A stretch of DNA of 64,000 bases from Haliotis cracherodii. Its lineage: Eukaryota. The translations under genes and the position numbers were made by a program. A model generated the notes under the pieces. It was not told the origin of the DNA and searched no databases. It saw only the letters and a program-made list of their open reading frames with translations. Of the stretch, positions 63,379 to 64,000 are shown piece after piece (the first letter of the stretch is position 1; every line of letters begins with the position of its first letter). The stretch is from positions 80,538,001 through 80,602,000 of the forward strand of contig NW_027266264.1 of the NCBI RefSeq assembly GCF_022045235.1. Reading direction: 5' to 3'.

Positions 63379-64000
63379 GTCCATCGTGCATTGTATTCAA
63401 CCTTCTTATTAAGAAACAGCTAAAGCTTCAGACAACGTCACTAATTTCACGTCAAGGATATATTAAATGTGCGATTCGGTAAATAAAAGAAAAAAGTGGT
63501 TCATATCACACTAAAAATCTGTTCTAAAAGTCGCAATTCTTTTCCACATTCGAAAACAAAAAGGTAGTTACTGTTACATAACCTCTTTGTTAATAATACA
63601 TGATAGCATTGCCAATTAATAAAGCAGTCTACCCTAAAACTGAAGAAAACTTTATTCTGTTTGGTCAAAATATCAATAAAGTCTGGTATCTAATTCCATT
63701 AGATACCTCAACATATTGGCATGCCTTTTCACACACAAATTTGGAAGTGACTACATCGATCTATCGATACCATCTCAATACTTATAACTACGGTTGCCGA
63801 TAACTGATTGGAACTGAATACGTTCGCCCTTCAGTGTTTCCGCCCCTCCGTCCTTCGGCCGTCTGTCGGTCACGTCTCGTTTCCAGAGCAGAGAGATATC
63901 TTAACCAAACTTGGTATACATATACTCTTCCCAAAAAAAGAAACGCAATACGGATATTGTTGGCCATAAAAGCAAAATTAGCGGACCAAGAACGCAAAAT

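Overview
Eukaryotic (animal) genomic DNA, not prokaryotic: GT-AG introns, SINEs, MITEs, minisatellites and five N-gaps. The SINE repertoire suggests a mollusc, possibly an abalone-like gastropod (inference from memory, not searched). The window holds a head-to-tail, plus-strand tandem array of chitin-binding type-2 (peritrophin-A/CBM14-like) genes. It contains the last two exons of gene A (615-2393) and six complete three-exon genes: B (13701-17185), C (23891-27291), D (30286-33741), E (39359-41431), F (47027-51985) and G (57626-62736). Each of B-G splices through phase-1 introns into a 148-154 aa secreted protein made of a signal peptide exon and two exons that each encode one six-cysteine domain. 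They form three paralog pairs (B/C, D/E, F/G), with conserved signal peptides and rapidly diverging mature domains. The intervening DNA holds four SINE-like families, decayed LINE, Penelope-like and mariner fragments, MITEs, a probable solo LTR, and minisatellites that expanded differently in each duplicate. Most long ORFs in the supplied track are repeat artefacts.
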